NCBI GenBank assembly: GCA_021613535.1
Contig: CP075492.1
Location: 6,076,001-6,140,000, forward strand
Direction of reading: 5' to 3'
DNA length: 64,000 bases
From: Adineta vaga
Taxonomy: Eukaryota > Animalia > Rotifera
This document shows, in pieces, positions 12,055 to 26,500 of this stretch (within the stretch, counting starts at the first letter, position 1; every line of letters starts with the position of its first letter). The notes below the pieces were generated by a model. That model was not told where the DNA came from and searched no databases. It was given only the letters and a program-made list of their open reading frames with translations. The translations under genes were made by a program, and so were the position numbers.

Positions 12055-13803
12055 TTAATAACGACGAGTTTTTCTTGATGGTGAAGAATTATGTGAACGT
12101 TTTCTAGAATAGAATTTAATCAAGAAAATGAGTTTGATGAAAAAGAGAAAAATTCCAACCGAGATTGACGTTTACGAAGACGCTTTTTTGCATCTTGTGA
12201 AATCGTTTTAATATGCATAAAATTACAAAAACCACTTCTATTACACTAGAATAAATCATTATACAATTGAACATATATCAAATCTAATCGTGTGATCTAG
12301 TTCAAATACTTACGGAGCCTGTTTCATATTGTCGACAACTGGCTTCTTTAAAATCCGTTACTGGACTAAAATTATCGGAGAATTCTAGTTCAAAATGAAC
12401 TTCAGTAGAATATTTACCTTAATTCAGCATAGATAGGTTTACGATCAAACCAACGATTATTCAATTCTTTAACAGCACGTTCAGCATCTTCTTCCGATCG
12501 AAACTAAATAAAAGTTTTTTGTAATCTTTATAATTTAGAATGATATTTCTTACTTTAATATAAATATTTCCTACTAAATGTTCGCCCAAATTGTCACACA
12601 CAGTCATTGCATCAATTTCTCCATACTAAATCAGTGATAGATAAATTGTATTGAACAAATAAAGAATGAGAACAAATTCAATAGAGATAATAAGAAGAAA
12701 AAGAATAAATAATTACTAATAGTTTTCCTAAAAATACCTATAAACACAGAGAAATTGTTTTTTAATGTTTAGTAAAGTACCTTTTCTGTTATGTTAGAAA
12801 AGAAATGTAAAGTTCTTCCTCCTATGAAAATGGGATGAGAAAAAGATTTTTTTTAATAAGTTTTGTACGTCATGCCGTGAAGATGTTAATGTCGTTGATG
12901 TCTGTTTTTCACATAGTAAGCCTGCAATAATGGATAGAACCTTAACCAGATAGAAATGAAAGAATTATTCAAAAACTAAGAATTCGTCTTTCGAAAGCAA
13001 TGAAAACGAAAATCTTCCCATAAATATCTCTACAGCACCTATATTTGACTTACCTTTTCTTCAACTTCTGTATAAACTTCTTCGAAAAATTCACTAAAAT
13101 ATAAACGATCAATGAATACAAACTCGTTGCAAACTTTCAATCGTACTCTGAATACTTTCAATGAAACTTAATTCTGTCTGAATGATTCTTCTTTTCCCCT
13201 CTAATTTATTCTCCCTCGAGTGATACTCATGGAACTGTACTGACAAGAGACTTCAACATTTTATGCCATATATATATATATCAACATGATTCTCAAAAAA
13301 ACCTTCCTTGTTCAATCGAAAGATATTTATATATTTACTCAAAATGTTTTTGTACTTCTTCATCAGTATGAAAAGATACTGGTTGTTGATCAACTAGAAG
13401 AAAATAGTTTAGAAAAATATCACTCAATTGTGTATATAATCGTACAAATAGTATTCGATTTATTCTGTTGTATAGCAGCATTATTTGGATTCAGATAGAG
13501 ATTTCGTAGAAGAACTGTCTATATAGATAAAAAAGAAATGATTTCAAATTTCTTTCCAATAATTATCTATCTCACTTGACTGAAGGTAGGCTTGTTATGG
13601 ACACGACAACATCTAGAAATCGATCGATGAATATAATGTAGAAGAGATATAAGAAAGCATTTACTTTTCTCCATGACGACAAGCTCCAATTTTGAAATAG
13701 AACGAACAGTTGACTCTGAATAGAAGATCAGCAATTGATTCATCAGATTGAGCACTTACTTATCTTGTTCAGTTCCAAAAATCGATGCAAGATGTTCAGC
13801 CAT
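12055..13803 (-). CDS. U2AF1: Splicing factor U2AF small subunit (U2AF35); 10 short exons, absent from the ORF track
   Basis: Spliced by hand: [55 protein letters not shown]...HFDEFFEEVYTEVEEKYGEIDAMTVCDNLGEHLVGNIYIKFRSEEDAERAVKELNNRWFDRKPIYAELSPVTDFKEASCRQYETGSCNRSGFCNFMHIK...KTRRY*. All junctions GT-AG. Confidence 0.95.
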
Positions 13804-14600
13804 TACAGATTAGATTCTTTCGTTATCGATCGTTGAGAACGAAAGGAAAGAAGTATATATATATATATATATATTGATCGAAAACGATATTCTTACGAAG
13901 GTAAACGAATACCTTCCCATATACTCTGTTCATTGAAGTGTGACAGATTATAATTATAGTTGTTCAGATTAAATTTTGGGCAGTAAGAACAATTTCATCA
14001 AAGTATAGATTGTAGCGACAAATGCAGAAAACTTCATTTGAAAAGTATTTTAAGATTTTACAATTACTACAACGTCATTTCGAATAGTCGAGTCGCTTTC
14101 TCAAACATATCTTTAATAATAAGACCCAAGCAAAGGAAAGAAATACGCCAATCATATAAAGTCAACGAAATGTCGAAATGAATACCAATGACATCTAGTT
14201 ATTAAATATCATATTTAATCATCAAATTGTACTTATGTACGAGTATGAATAGAATAACTATATGCAATATCGTTTAGTCGATTGTCTTCGATTAAAATCC
14301 TATCCTATAGTAAACTTCCGACGAATATATTTTTTTTATAGAATTGAAATCTTTCTGAAATTAAATACGATTCAATTTGATTTATGATAACAGTTTGACT
14401 GTCTATTGTTCATAATATATAAAACCTCTGCACACATAATAATATACATAGAATGAAAAGCAACATGAAAATACACTAGACTAAAATATCTACCGTTCAC
14501 ACAAAATAAGAAAAGCAGAATTCAAACAAATAAAAAAAAGCTTTCAATCATATTCTGGTTTCATAATGCACATGAATATCGACGACTAGTGATCAATTCT

Positions 14601-17600
14601 CTAATCTAAAGCAATTAAATTTTCCGTTAATCGACCAGTATTTTGTTTATAAGTTGATGCTTCTTTCAAATGTTGATACCATATATTTGCGACAGCTGCA
14701 TTCTCAAATTTCAACTTATACATCGATCCTATACGAAATTTTCAACAATAAAACAATAAGATGAATTTACAAAATTTTTACCTCGATTTAAATCACTCAG
14801 TTGAATTTCATTGCGATTTTTCGTTTGACTTAAAACAATTAGACAATCTGTAATCGATTGACATTTAGTTGGATTTTGTTGATAATATAATCGATCTGTT
14901 TCTGTTAATGTTATATTTACATTTGATTGCGGATGAACGATCTGATCATTATCGATTAGTGATGTTGCTCGATGTAAACGCATATGAAATGTAAGTAAAA
15001 AAGATTTTTGCTTGTGAAAAAATAGTAAATGTTCGCATATGGCAAGCCAATATTTTTTCCATTTAGTTATATTTGGTTTCTTATAATTTTTAAGCAGACA
15101 TTTTCGTTCGACTAAACCTTCAAAATTGTAATTTGATGTTATTAACAGATCATTATGAGGATGTAATGGTTCTTTCATTGATAATGATGATAATGACAAG
15201 GATACACCTTGAATTAAATGATGTTTTGTACTTGTTTTAATTAATTCTTTTGCTTTCCGAATCATTTCTTCATATGAATCATTTGATTCACTACCTAAAA
15301 TAGTTCCAAGTAATGTTGATTCAATGTCATTGATTGAATAATATTAATAAGGTATCAAAGGTCAATGAAATAGAATAACACTATATCGTTAGTGTAACCT
15401 CGCTTTCAGATCAATAAAAAAAGAAGAAGAAGAGAAAGTTATATTACTACTACTACTTCATATCGAGTGGGTCAAGTGGTAATAGAATAATTTAATCAAA
15501 TTCGTATGCTTATTTAAATGTTTGTGTTTATATAAAAGTAAAGAAAAAGAGATTTGAATGAAACATTGATATATGACGTTCTAATCAAGGACAAATCAAA
15601 GTTCTCTGAGCTATCGATGATCTATTGTGAATTACTATAACATATATATATATATATATATATACTGGATCTACGAGAGAAGATTTCATTTGGAAACTTA
15701 CTGGAATGTGTTTCTTCTGTCATTAGATCTGGTAGTAGACTATCGTCTAAGAGACTTTTCTTTTCACGTGTTCGACAAGGTAATGTTGCCGATTTCGTTG
15801 ACGAAGAAGAACAATGTGAACTAGCAAAATGAAGATAGACAATATTCATTTTTGAAGTGATTTACAAAGATCTTACTGATTGAAATCACTCAATGTACGT
15901 CTATGTGAACAAGTGGAGTGATTATTTCCATGTGAGATTTTGAATGAAGCTGATTTTTCTAAATTTTTTGTTGTTTTTTCACAGTATGAATCTATTTGAT
16001 CATCTGGTTCGATTCTTAATGATTGATCGTAATTTTGAGCTTCGACAAATGTTTGTAATTCTTCCATATATCTTACAGTTACAAGATAATTTTGAACGCA
16101 TTCAATTGATTTCAGAAAACCTATGTAAAAAACACACAAGCGTTTTCTCTTACAATCTAATATCGTTAAACGAACCATAGCTTGACTGTTGAAATTCGGA
16201 AATGACTCTACAGATATTATTCAATGCATTTTTCCGTTGACTTGTTTCAAGTCCACCACGATGCGGATGAAGGGTATCAATATGAATGATATCGGTGAGA
16301 TAAATACCTTGAATTATGTCAAATGGATGATTGGAAAAGTCATATGTTATAGATCTAAATGTTCTTACCAAGATAAGGAATACACGGTAGTTTTGCTTGA
16401 GTTAAATGTTGTCTTAAACGTTTCCAATTTTCATTCGATGACACAAGATCTTTTAAACTAGTAAATGTTGAACGATCACGTTTGCTTAGACCCTTAGAAG
16501 AAAAAAACGATCGAATCGATTTTCAAATTTGAACAGATATTAAAATTTTTATTCAATTACCGCCCATGTTTTCTGTAATCGATATATTGGTGCAGTCTGT
16601 AAAGCCATAACAACTGCCATACATGCATTGATATTATTTAATTCAAATAATTTCTATAAATAGAAAGATTTTCTTTTTAATTGGAAAATTGTCATCGTTT
16701 TTTTTTGTTTTCGATCCTACTTTAGCAATACGAACGAAATGAGATAAGATTTCAATACGATTTTTAAGAATATCAGCACGTAGTAATTCACCTTGAGTCC
16801 AAAAATTAACCTTTGTTTTTTCAAGAAAGAAAAGAGAATAATAAAGAATATTATTTCAAAGATAAACTACTTGATTAAATCGACGAGTGAATTGTACAAT
16901 ATGAAATGCTTTTTCTAATTTCGATTTCGAACTCCAACTACAGCTAGTTAATTCCTAGAAATAGAAGAAATACATTTTTGTTTGTCTCGGATATTTCCAA
17001 GATGTAAACATCATCATACATCTGGTGTGATAGATTTGAATACTGGAAGATCCATTAGTGTGATTTGAGACTAGGAAAGAAACAAAAGAGAAAATTGTTT
17101 TATTTACATGTGTTCAATCAATTAATCAATGAATGCTCGAACCCTAATGAGATAACAATCAAAGAGAAATCATTTTTCCTATCTTTTTTTCTCCAATACA
17201 TCTCGTTTTAGTTTACTTGTTATCAATCGTCCATATACATGTATTGTCTATATATAGCAAACTTATCTTTCAAACATAAATACACATGACATATAGTGTT
17301 AGTGTTGAACGAGAAAGATAACATAAGACAGTAGAGGGATTATGTATATTCTAAAGTTTGCTCAATCAATCGTCTATCAATAACACAAGAAAGCTTTTTA
17401 CGTGTTATGTTTATCGTTTACTTTCGAAATGATAAGTGACTTACAGCAAAATCTTCTGGATCAACTTTGAGCACATCGAATAATGCCGTATCATAAACAG
17501 CATATTGTAATGATCCGTTAATAATAATATCATCAGAATGAAAGGAAAAATCATTGAGCAAGAGACTATTGTTATTATTATTATTATTACTATTGAAATT

Positions 17601-17651
17601 GTCATTTTCTTCGGTAAGAATCGAATGTGCCATGTTACTTAGATTGAGCAT
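14601..17651 (-). CDS. RALGPS: Ral guanine-nucleotide exchange factor with CDC25 and C-terminal PH domain (RalGPS-like); multi-exon
   Basis: LKVDPEDFA|[14 protein letters not shown]...FTRRFNQ|VNFW...LPCIPYL|GIYLTDII..., [19 protein letters not shown]; PH domain [17 protein letters not shown]...WKKYW...WYQHLKEA. No REM domain, as is typical of RalGPS. Confidence 0.85.
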
Positions 17652-19932
17652 TCTAACCTAAAAGTAAAGAAAAATGAATTTCAAGAAACAAAAATAAAAG
17701 TTCACGAAGAAGAATGTTGAAATCATTTGATTATAATTAATCTCGCCTCTGGTATAGGTCATCGAGATGTGCATATATTGAACTTACTCTAGGTGATCTG
17801 TTCTACTATTTCTCTTCTAGTAATAGTTGTAACTGCTCTGCAATTATTTCTCTTTCGTTTCTTTCTTTCTCGTTTTCTTCTTCTCTTTCCTCTTTCTCTT
17901 CTTCTGCTTCTTCTTCTTCTTCTTCGTTTCTATTCACAAGTCTGTACAGACGTTGTTGATGAACATACTATAGACTTCTGTTATGTTGACCCCCTCCAAA
18001 CGTTTTGCTTTCTTTTACTATAGATCGATTCTATAATTCTCAAATTTCAAGACGACAACAAAGTGAAAGAAACATTAATGATCAAATTACATATAACGAA
18101 AGACAGAGCGAGAAAAAGAAAGTGTATATATTTCTTATTGGTATAATTAGAAAGAAAAAAAAATTTTCATACTTTCTTTTTGATAAAATCAAGCAAATGA
18201 AAAAGAAGAAGTTAGTATATCTGTCTATCTCTTACTTCATTTGTCTTATACCGTTCTTGGATAAGTAAATCTACTGTTATATTAATAATAACAAGGGGAA
18301 AAGGAGAAAGAGAAAGCGCGCGCGAAAAAGAGAGAGAAAAGTAAAGTATCATCAAACAACATCGATCAAGGTATTCACCTCTATAATCACATACATATTT
18401 CATAGAATGTCAAGGTTGGTCTCTTGTCTATGTCGATAATATGAATAGAGTATATGAACTCGAAAATTGATCTATTGTGTAGGACATGCTACACACGTGG
18501 ATGCACATTCATATACATCTGGATATATTTTAAACGGACCGACGAACAGGCGAGAACAACTAAAGATAATGGGATGTTGTCTAAGACTAATTGCTCAATG
18601 AGTGAAGAACAGAGACGTAGACACAACATATGTATTAACGAGTTGCTTTTGCATTCAATCAAGGATATTTGTACAAAATAATGGCTTACTCAAAATGTAA
18701 AAATGTGAATTATGTCAATGGTATATAGATAAATAATCATGTATATACATTGTGAAGGAAAAAAAAGGAACAATAAAATATTTTTATTCAGTAAATTCAC
18801 ATTGTATTCACATCTGTTCTTTATACATTCATTTTCTTCCCCCTTTCTTCTTCTTCTTCTTCTTCTTTACGACTAGTACCGCTACTAAACGAATGAGAAC
18901 AAGCAGCTGCTTTCAAGTGTCTCGCACTTCTTTTTCTGATGTTAAACGTACGCATAAAGGCGATTATATCAGGTCAAATGAAGACGAAAAGCCGACGTTG
19001 AACAAGGTAAATGACGATGATGTCATAAGAAAAAGTGCGATGACCAACAGGCACAGAGATTTATTTTTATTTACTTGAGGTTCAACGGCCAGTCGTCTAA
19101 TCAATCTCTGTCTCTTTATCCTCATACACACATACAGACACACATACAGTTTGATTAAGAGAGATGAAATACAAAAATATTTATACGAATTCTTTCATCT
19201 TATGAAATGCAACAACAAAATACAACAAAATAAAGAAAAGAAATTTAAATGTATGCACGTGCAGAGTACAAAGTACAATATGATGTTTCTCTTATTCTTT
19301 TCTCTTATCGGACAATAAATTTTCAATGAAATGGTGCTTATTAATTCAATGATTTCAATTATCATGAGGTTGAAATCTATAAGTAGCATGAACAATTTTT
19401 TCAAACAATGAACCGTGCATAGCGCTCTATCATCAAATTACGAGTTATAATCAATGATAGCGACCATCTGTTTTCTCTCTCTCTCTCTCTCTTTGTACAA
19501 AGAGATGATCTATGAAGATATCAAGCATATTTGATTTTCATCTCAAAGAACAATATTTTCGTGTGATATACATTGATTTTCAAATTGAGATAATATTTCA
19601 ATAGAGGGAGCTAGTTCACAAGATATTTTTATAAAATAAAAAGAAAAAAAGACAAAAGAAAAAGAAAATAATGAGTATTATTTTTAACAAAGATTATTTT
19701 TTTATTTTTCATAAAAATTTTTGAATCAACTCATTGATGCATTTGTTGTTAAAGTACACATCTGACATTCTTTGTTCTCCTCTAAATTGTTCAACAAGAA
19801 TGGCTGCTACTCACAAGAGGAAAAAAATAGAACATCTTATTTTTCTTTGTGTTAATGTCATTTTGTTCCAGATTTGTTTCTTTTTTTTTTCTACAAAGTC
19901 ACATACATTAATTCTTTGACGTGTCTGTGACC

Positions 19933-22900
19933 ATGATCAACGAGAGCCATCCATCTCCGACTGGCTCTTCGTCTTCCTCCTTGTTTGGTAAGACAATTGT
20001 TTTTTTCTGCTATTTTTCATTAATAGCGCTTACAAACAAATAGAACATATTGTTTATCTTCTATTTGCACATTGCTTGCTTCATTTTTTGTTCAGCACAT
20101 GATCTTCTCCTTCTTCTTTATCTAAAATTAGGTAGTGGAGGTGGTGCTGGTGTTAATGAACCTTTGACTCAATCCTCTCCAGCTAAGCCAACATGGGCAC
20201 AAATTCTCAATTCGAATCCAAATGCCCCGTCCAATACACAAGCAGCAGCAGCAACTGTATCAGGAACAACTTCAAATAATACTAATTCTAATGCGATAGC
20301 AGGTGGAAATAATTCTCCATCATCATCTTCACCTTCTTCTCAACATTCAACAACAGCAAAACCGATTTCACCATCAGCAAGTGGTGCATCGAATACATCA
20401 GGTACACGACAAGGTTTTATGCCGAATTTTTATGATCAACAACAATCTCAAATGAATTGGTCCTTAAATTTTAATCAGTCATCATCATGGATGATCAATG
20501 ATGATGAATCCCAAAGACAACCAAACAATTCTTCACAACAAAATGCTGAGAATACACAAAGTGGTGGTGATGGTACGCAGATTTTCTATTTTGCTTTATT
20601 AGGCTTCTCATTTGATAAAATTTAATTAATTCTATTTTCTAATGGAGAATTATAAAATCGTTTTTTATTATTTAGGTTTTGATCGAGTTGAATCTTCGAG
20701 TCCAACATCGGATTGGAATAAGCCGGTGGCATCAAATAATTCAAATGCTAATGGTTGGTCAAATTTTCAGCAGCAACAACAACAACAACAACAGCAGCAA
20801 CAAACACCGAATAATCCGTCCAGATCAAATCCAAATAGCAATCAATGGCCTGAAATGAACAATTTCTACGGAGCTAATACAACAACTAATTCATTTAATT
20901 TATCGCAACAGAATACCGACAATAATAGGTATAAGAAAGAATAAACAATTGCTCATTTAAAACATTGCCTTTCATCATATTTTATATGTGAAACGATGAG
21001 TCTTGTATTACTGGTATGTTAGCGATATACTTGCTCATCATCTTTTGACTTTGAGTGATGCTGTTTGAAGATTAACATACTTGTAGCATCAGTTCTTAGT
21101 ATCTCAAATACAGATATCGGAATGAGAAAAATCATTATAAGATGCTTCATGTTATTCAAGTGTAGACGCAATTACGTTGCGAGAAGAAAGAGCTATAAAA
21201 ATATCCGTGTACATTCTCTTGTTTTCTGTTTCTTAGTTCATCGACAACATGGCAAGATCCTTCATCGTCGAACACTGCTGATCCGCTGGCATTGACAAGT
21301 AATAATAATAGTTCAAAGCATAAATCTGCATCCATTGCTGCTTCACTTACAGGTGCGTTGAAATCTGCCATTGCACTTAGCGGTACTGGTAATGGTGAAC
21401 TTTTGGGTGGAAATGGTGATACAATGATAACTTATGTTCCACAACCGAAACTTGTTGAACAATTAGGTTGGGATGAACCTGATATAAATGTTTTGAAACG
21501 TGCTAATTTTGATGATGGTACATCAATTTGGGGTGATCCAATGGAATCAATGTCTGTACCAGTTAAAAAATGGACGAATGGAACTAAAGCTGCATTAACT
21601 AATTCAACAAATACTATTCAACAACAACAACAGCAACAACAACAAGCACCTCAAATTGTTCAAAAACCAGTTACAACGACAATAACTCCATCAACAACAT
21701 CTTCTCAAATGGTGCTTAATGATGAAAATTGGCCAAAACAACAATCACCAACAATGGTACAACAACCGATATCACAATGGAATGAATCAGCAGCAGCATC
21801 ATCAAATATTGATCAATCGAATGCTCCTCAGGCACAAAATTATCGTCCACAGCAAAATAATTGGAATCCTCATGGATCTGACGATTGGTTTCGTGAAGGT
21901 GTTGTTGATACAAGTGATTGGGGCTTACAAGGCCCACCTCAAAAAGCACCATTTGATCCATATAAAGATCAAATTGATACTAGTAATTGGGCAGTACAAT
22001 CAGCAGGTGGTATGCCAGGACCACTACCAATGCCAGTACGAAATCGTTACCCGAATGAATTTGATTTCAATGAAAATCCCCATGGTGTCCGAATGTCTGC
22101 ATTTGAAAATCAATCACTCGCTGATTCTTATCGTCAAAATTCCGATATGAAAAACCCCTTGGAAAACTTTCCTGGAATGATGCAATCAGCCCATCATCCG
22201 TTTCCTCCACGGCCAGGACCACATTATGCTTCTCAACAAGGAAATATTCTTCGACCAATTAATTCTAATGCGGCTTCATCAACACCATCCGGTGCTATGA
22301 TTAGTCAAAGTAGTCATTTATCTCCGAAATTACCTACATCATCACCTGTACCAAATCAAGTTCCATATGTTCCAGGAGGTGGAAAACCAAATTCGATTCC
22401 AAATCAGCCATCTCAACCACCAACATCGTCTCAATCAGCAGGAAATGGAAACAATAATGGTACTGTACATGCTCAAATTATGCAACAATTTCGTCTTGCT
22501 GTACAAGCCGGTTTAATTAGTCAAGATTTGCTCAATACTAAATTACCATCAAATATGTTACAAGTTAGAAAATTTTAACTGATGATTCTTTTTTTTTTTG
22601 TAGAAGTATGGTTTTTTTTTCTTTATAGCTTCTTCAAAGATTATTTGAATTGCAACAAAAATTTCAACAATTAACCAGTCAATTAACTGAATTAAGTAAA
22701 AATAAAACACGCTTTCCAATGCCACTTTTACAAAGTGAATATGATCGTTTAACTAAATTATTAACACAGAAAAAACAAGAAATGTTAATGGTACAAAAAG
22801 AAATTCAAGATGCACATGCAAAACTAAAACAACAATCAATGAATCAAACGCCAACACCGACACAAATGATGTCAAATGGACCACTTAGTCAAAATACAGA

Positions 22901-23599
22901 TCAATCACGTTTAACTCAATGGACAAAACAATCAACTATTGGTGGACCACGTTCATCTATGTTTCCACCACCACCACCAGGCTTAGGTCAAAAAGATTGG
23001 CAAACAGATAACAATGATCCGAATGAAAATTGGGATAATAGTCAAGCACATGAATCAAACAATACGAATCAAGTTGGCAATGTTGATCCTCATGGACATA
23101 GTAATCAAGTATCATCATCAGCATTTTCTGATCCATTTTCAAATCTTGTTGATGATATTGATGGACCACCACCGTTCGTTCCAGGTCAATTATGGAATTG
23201 GAAATCATCATTACCAAATATTGAAGATGATCCACATGTTACACCAAGTTCATTAACAATTGGTCCAAAAGGATCACCATCACCAATGGGTAATCTCAAT
23301 GTTGGTGCAGGTGAAAGGTAAAAATAAAAAGATAATTCATATACCAAAATATCATATATGTTTTATTTAGTGCTTTTTCAAATCCTCATTCTATGCATCA
23401 ATATCCTCGTCAATTACAATCAAATCGTTCTCAATGGCAGCAAGGATCCATGCATGATCAACAAGGTTTTCAACCACCCATGAATGATTGGGGTAAACAA
23501 CAACAACAGCAACAACAACAATATCGAGGTCCACCGAAAGCACCACCATCTCATCCTTCAGCTTATGGCGGTCCTGGTGGCTATCGACCATATCCTTAA
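19933..23599 (+). CDS. TNRC6: GW182/TNRC6 (gawky)-like miRNA effector; ~6 exons (19933-19987, 20132-20572, 20676-20928, 21237-22563, 22629-23317, 23371-23599)
   Basis: W-studded S/N/Q low-complexity N-terminus; Ago-hook-like GWDEP...DDGTSIWGDP; M-domain FRLAVQAGLISQDLLN; Q-rich coil; QSRLTQW; PPPPGL; PAM2 PPPFVPGQLW...IEDDPHVTPSS. Confidence 0.85.
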
Positions 23600-26500
23600 T
23601 GGACAACTTAACACGAGTTTCTTACATTTCTGTGTTTCTTTTCGTTTTCATTTTCTTTTCTTCATTCTTTCTTTCTTTCTCGGCCAAAACAAAGTCAGTG
23701 AAATGATAAAAACTGTGTCCTCTTTGTCTCATAAGAATCATGTATATTTACATTTCACGCTCTTTCATTCATGTGTATCTATCTTTTTCTCGACGAAATT
23801 GCTGTGTATTCATTGTGTTTTCTTTTGTCTTTTCGTCAAAATGCTGCACTGAGAATTCCCTCCCGGTACCATCCATTGTGCGTCGTGTTTGTCTATTGTT
23901 CTCTTTTTCTTCTTCATCTTCTGGTGTGATCTATGCTCTTTATTTAACGGCCGAGCTTCATATCGACAAAACAAAATGAACGAACCAAATAAGATCTTTT
24001 TTATTGCTATTCTGTGCAATATAATTCTGTTTTTTTTCTCTCGCACGTAAAAAAATTAATTTTTGTTTGTTTGTTTGTTTGTCTTCTTGTAGTGTGTGAT
24101 GCTTTTAGCTATATATACATACATATATATACATATATCTTTCTGTATGGTTGTGGTGTGTATATCAATTCATTTAGTTTCTGTTTTTTTTTCGCGTTCT
24201 GATTTCTTCCTGATTCATTTTCATTGTCTCTTGACGCTGCTATATAAAAAAACTCGAAAGTAGATACAAGATCTCTTTTAAAACAAATATTCAGTTGTTG
24301 TGAATGAAAATTTTCACATTTCTGTGTGCATATAAATGTGTATTGCTGTTTTTTTTGACTTTGAAAAAAAAATCTAAGAAACAAATCGATGGTGATGACG
24401 GAATAATTAATGGTTTTTGCGCTATGTATAGAATTAAGCAAATAACCCTTGTTGTGTGTGTATATCTGTATCTTCTATAGCCCTATTGCGCTGATCTTTC
24501 TTTTTTATGTGGCACTTTCTTTTCCTTGTTTGTTTTTTTCGCCTATGTTCTCTCAAAATCTACTATACTAATAAATAAATACATTTGACGAAAAATATGT
24601 CTAGAAGTAGTTCGAATAGTCCAAGGACTGAAGATAGAATATCATTAACAGTATAATTCTGATTTGAAATTAAATGTTTTTTTAGATAATCAGATTGTTT
24701 ATCTTTGACTTTGCACGAAATAACCTCGAGAATTGCTTATAAGAACATTATACTTTTTACCCATTGGAGACCATGAGAACAAAGATTTGATAGAAATGGG
24801 TGCCATTTCTGGATCGTTTCCTGTAATAATACAATAAACAAACAGAAATTTCAAAAGGACATTTTTTTCTGACTCAAGACAATAATATATGTACTGAAAG
24901 AAAGAAAAAAAGTTATTCCAAACATTCTCAACAAATACTAATTGTTATCGTATTGTTTCAAGGTTCAATTGTATAGAACAATCGATCAGTCACATTTAAT
25001 AATGAAAACTACAGGCGAATCTTGTAAAGATATTTTAATCGAATGGGTTAAAACATATGACATATGGATTCATTGGATCGAATCTAACTCATAGCACTGA
25101 TGTCGAATGATGTGTAAACAACACCTTTTACCTGCTTATTCTCTGATGACAACTTTAAAAATTCTGACGACATCAATCCAAAAAGAAATAGAAAAAGACG
25201 AAACGAAACTACTTCGTTCTTTTTCCGAAAAATTGTATCATTTAATCTAAGCAAAAGAGAAATGCTAAGAATCATTCATGTACTCATAGTTTTTCTTTCG
25301 TTATTTCAATAGAAAACAAATCATTTGATTAATTGCAACACTTCTTGTCCTCTTTTCTAAGTACATCATTTTTCTCAATAGTTTACATTGAATATATACA
25401 TGCAAACCATCTTTTTACATTACAAAAAGACATGTCCAATGTTATGAGTACAAGAAGAGGTTATATTCAAGTTGTTTCCGATTGTTAATAGAAGTTGGTT
25501 AATGATGATTATTCTAGCTATTGTCATATGTTCAACTACGAGATTCTTTATTCATGAAAATAAAGAATAGAAATGAATATTATAAAAAGAAAAAGGAGTA
25601 GAACTATTGTTTTGATTGATTTTCTCGTTTTCTGTAATATATAAAAAAAGATGAATAGAAATTCAACACTTGTAAATTATAGGTTGAGATTGTTAAAAAA
25701 ACCGGGAACTGAAGATTTATTTGCTGATTAAGATTGCATTCAAAGTAAATATTCATTCTATTTAATTAAAGGTTTTTGCGTATTTACTTCAAATATACAA
25801 ACTTCCCTTTTCATTTCCTCTTTTGTTATTTTTCTAATCATTCGCTCGTATTCCTACTAGTCCTCCTTTTTCTTTCTTTTGATTACACATATCTAAACCG
25901 TGTACCTGGACATAATTGATGATTGTTTCAAGATTTTTTTTATAAAGAATGTCTTCACAAATGTTCGGCTTGTTTCGTGTAAATAACTACATTTCAATTT
26001 TGTATTTTCATTGTTGATTTAAGATTCTTTTACATATATTGACTAACTACACAAATCATAATGAATAATCTATTTCACAAAAAAGGAAATTTTACGTATC
26101 GTAACTTCTTCAAGTAAGTAGAGTGATATCTGCGGAGAAAAATTGTCAATCGCAAAGTAAAACTCAAAACAGAGAATGTGTTAATAGTTTTATAACGCCT
26201 AAGTATGTCACTTGGGAGATAACTACGTCGCAATCATTGATCATATATCTATCGACACTCACATCAAGTGTAACTAGAGTGTACTAAATAAACTAATTCT
26301 GATGAGAATATATTTTTCGCCTGCTGAGTAATTTGCTCTTGTACATTTATGTCAAATAGATCACTTTAATTCGATCGTGTTATTTTGTTGTTCGAGATAA
26401 CTAACTCGGCAATGCATATGCAATACCATTAGTAGAGATCAGAAGTGATATATGTGACTCTAGTCATAGTTCTATATATACGAAGAAAACAAAATAGAAA

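Noticed and set aside
21716-23256. Overlapping alternative-frame and antisense ORFs within GW182 (similar ones occur in sHSP, GPCR and KASH genes)
   Set aside because: Shadow ORFs produced by biased codon usage in low-complexity exons.
26299-26330. CTGATGAG hammerhead-like core
   Set aside because: No stem II followed by GAAA and no closing helices.
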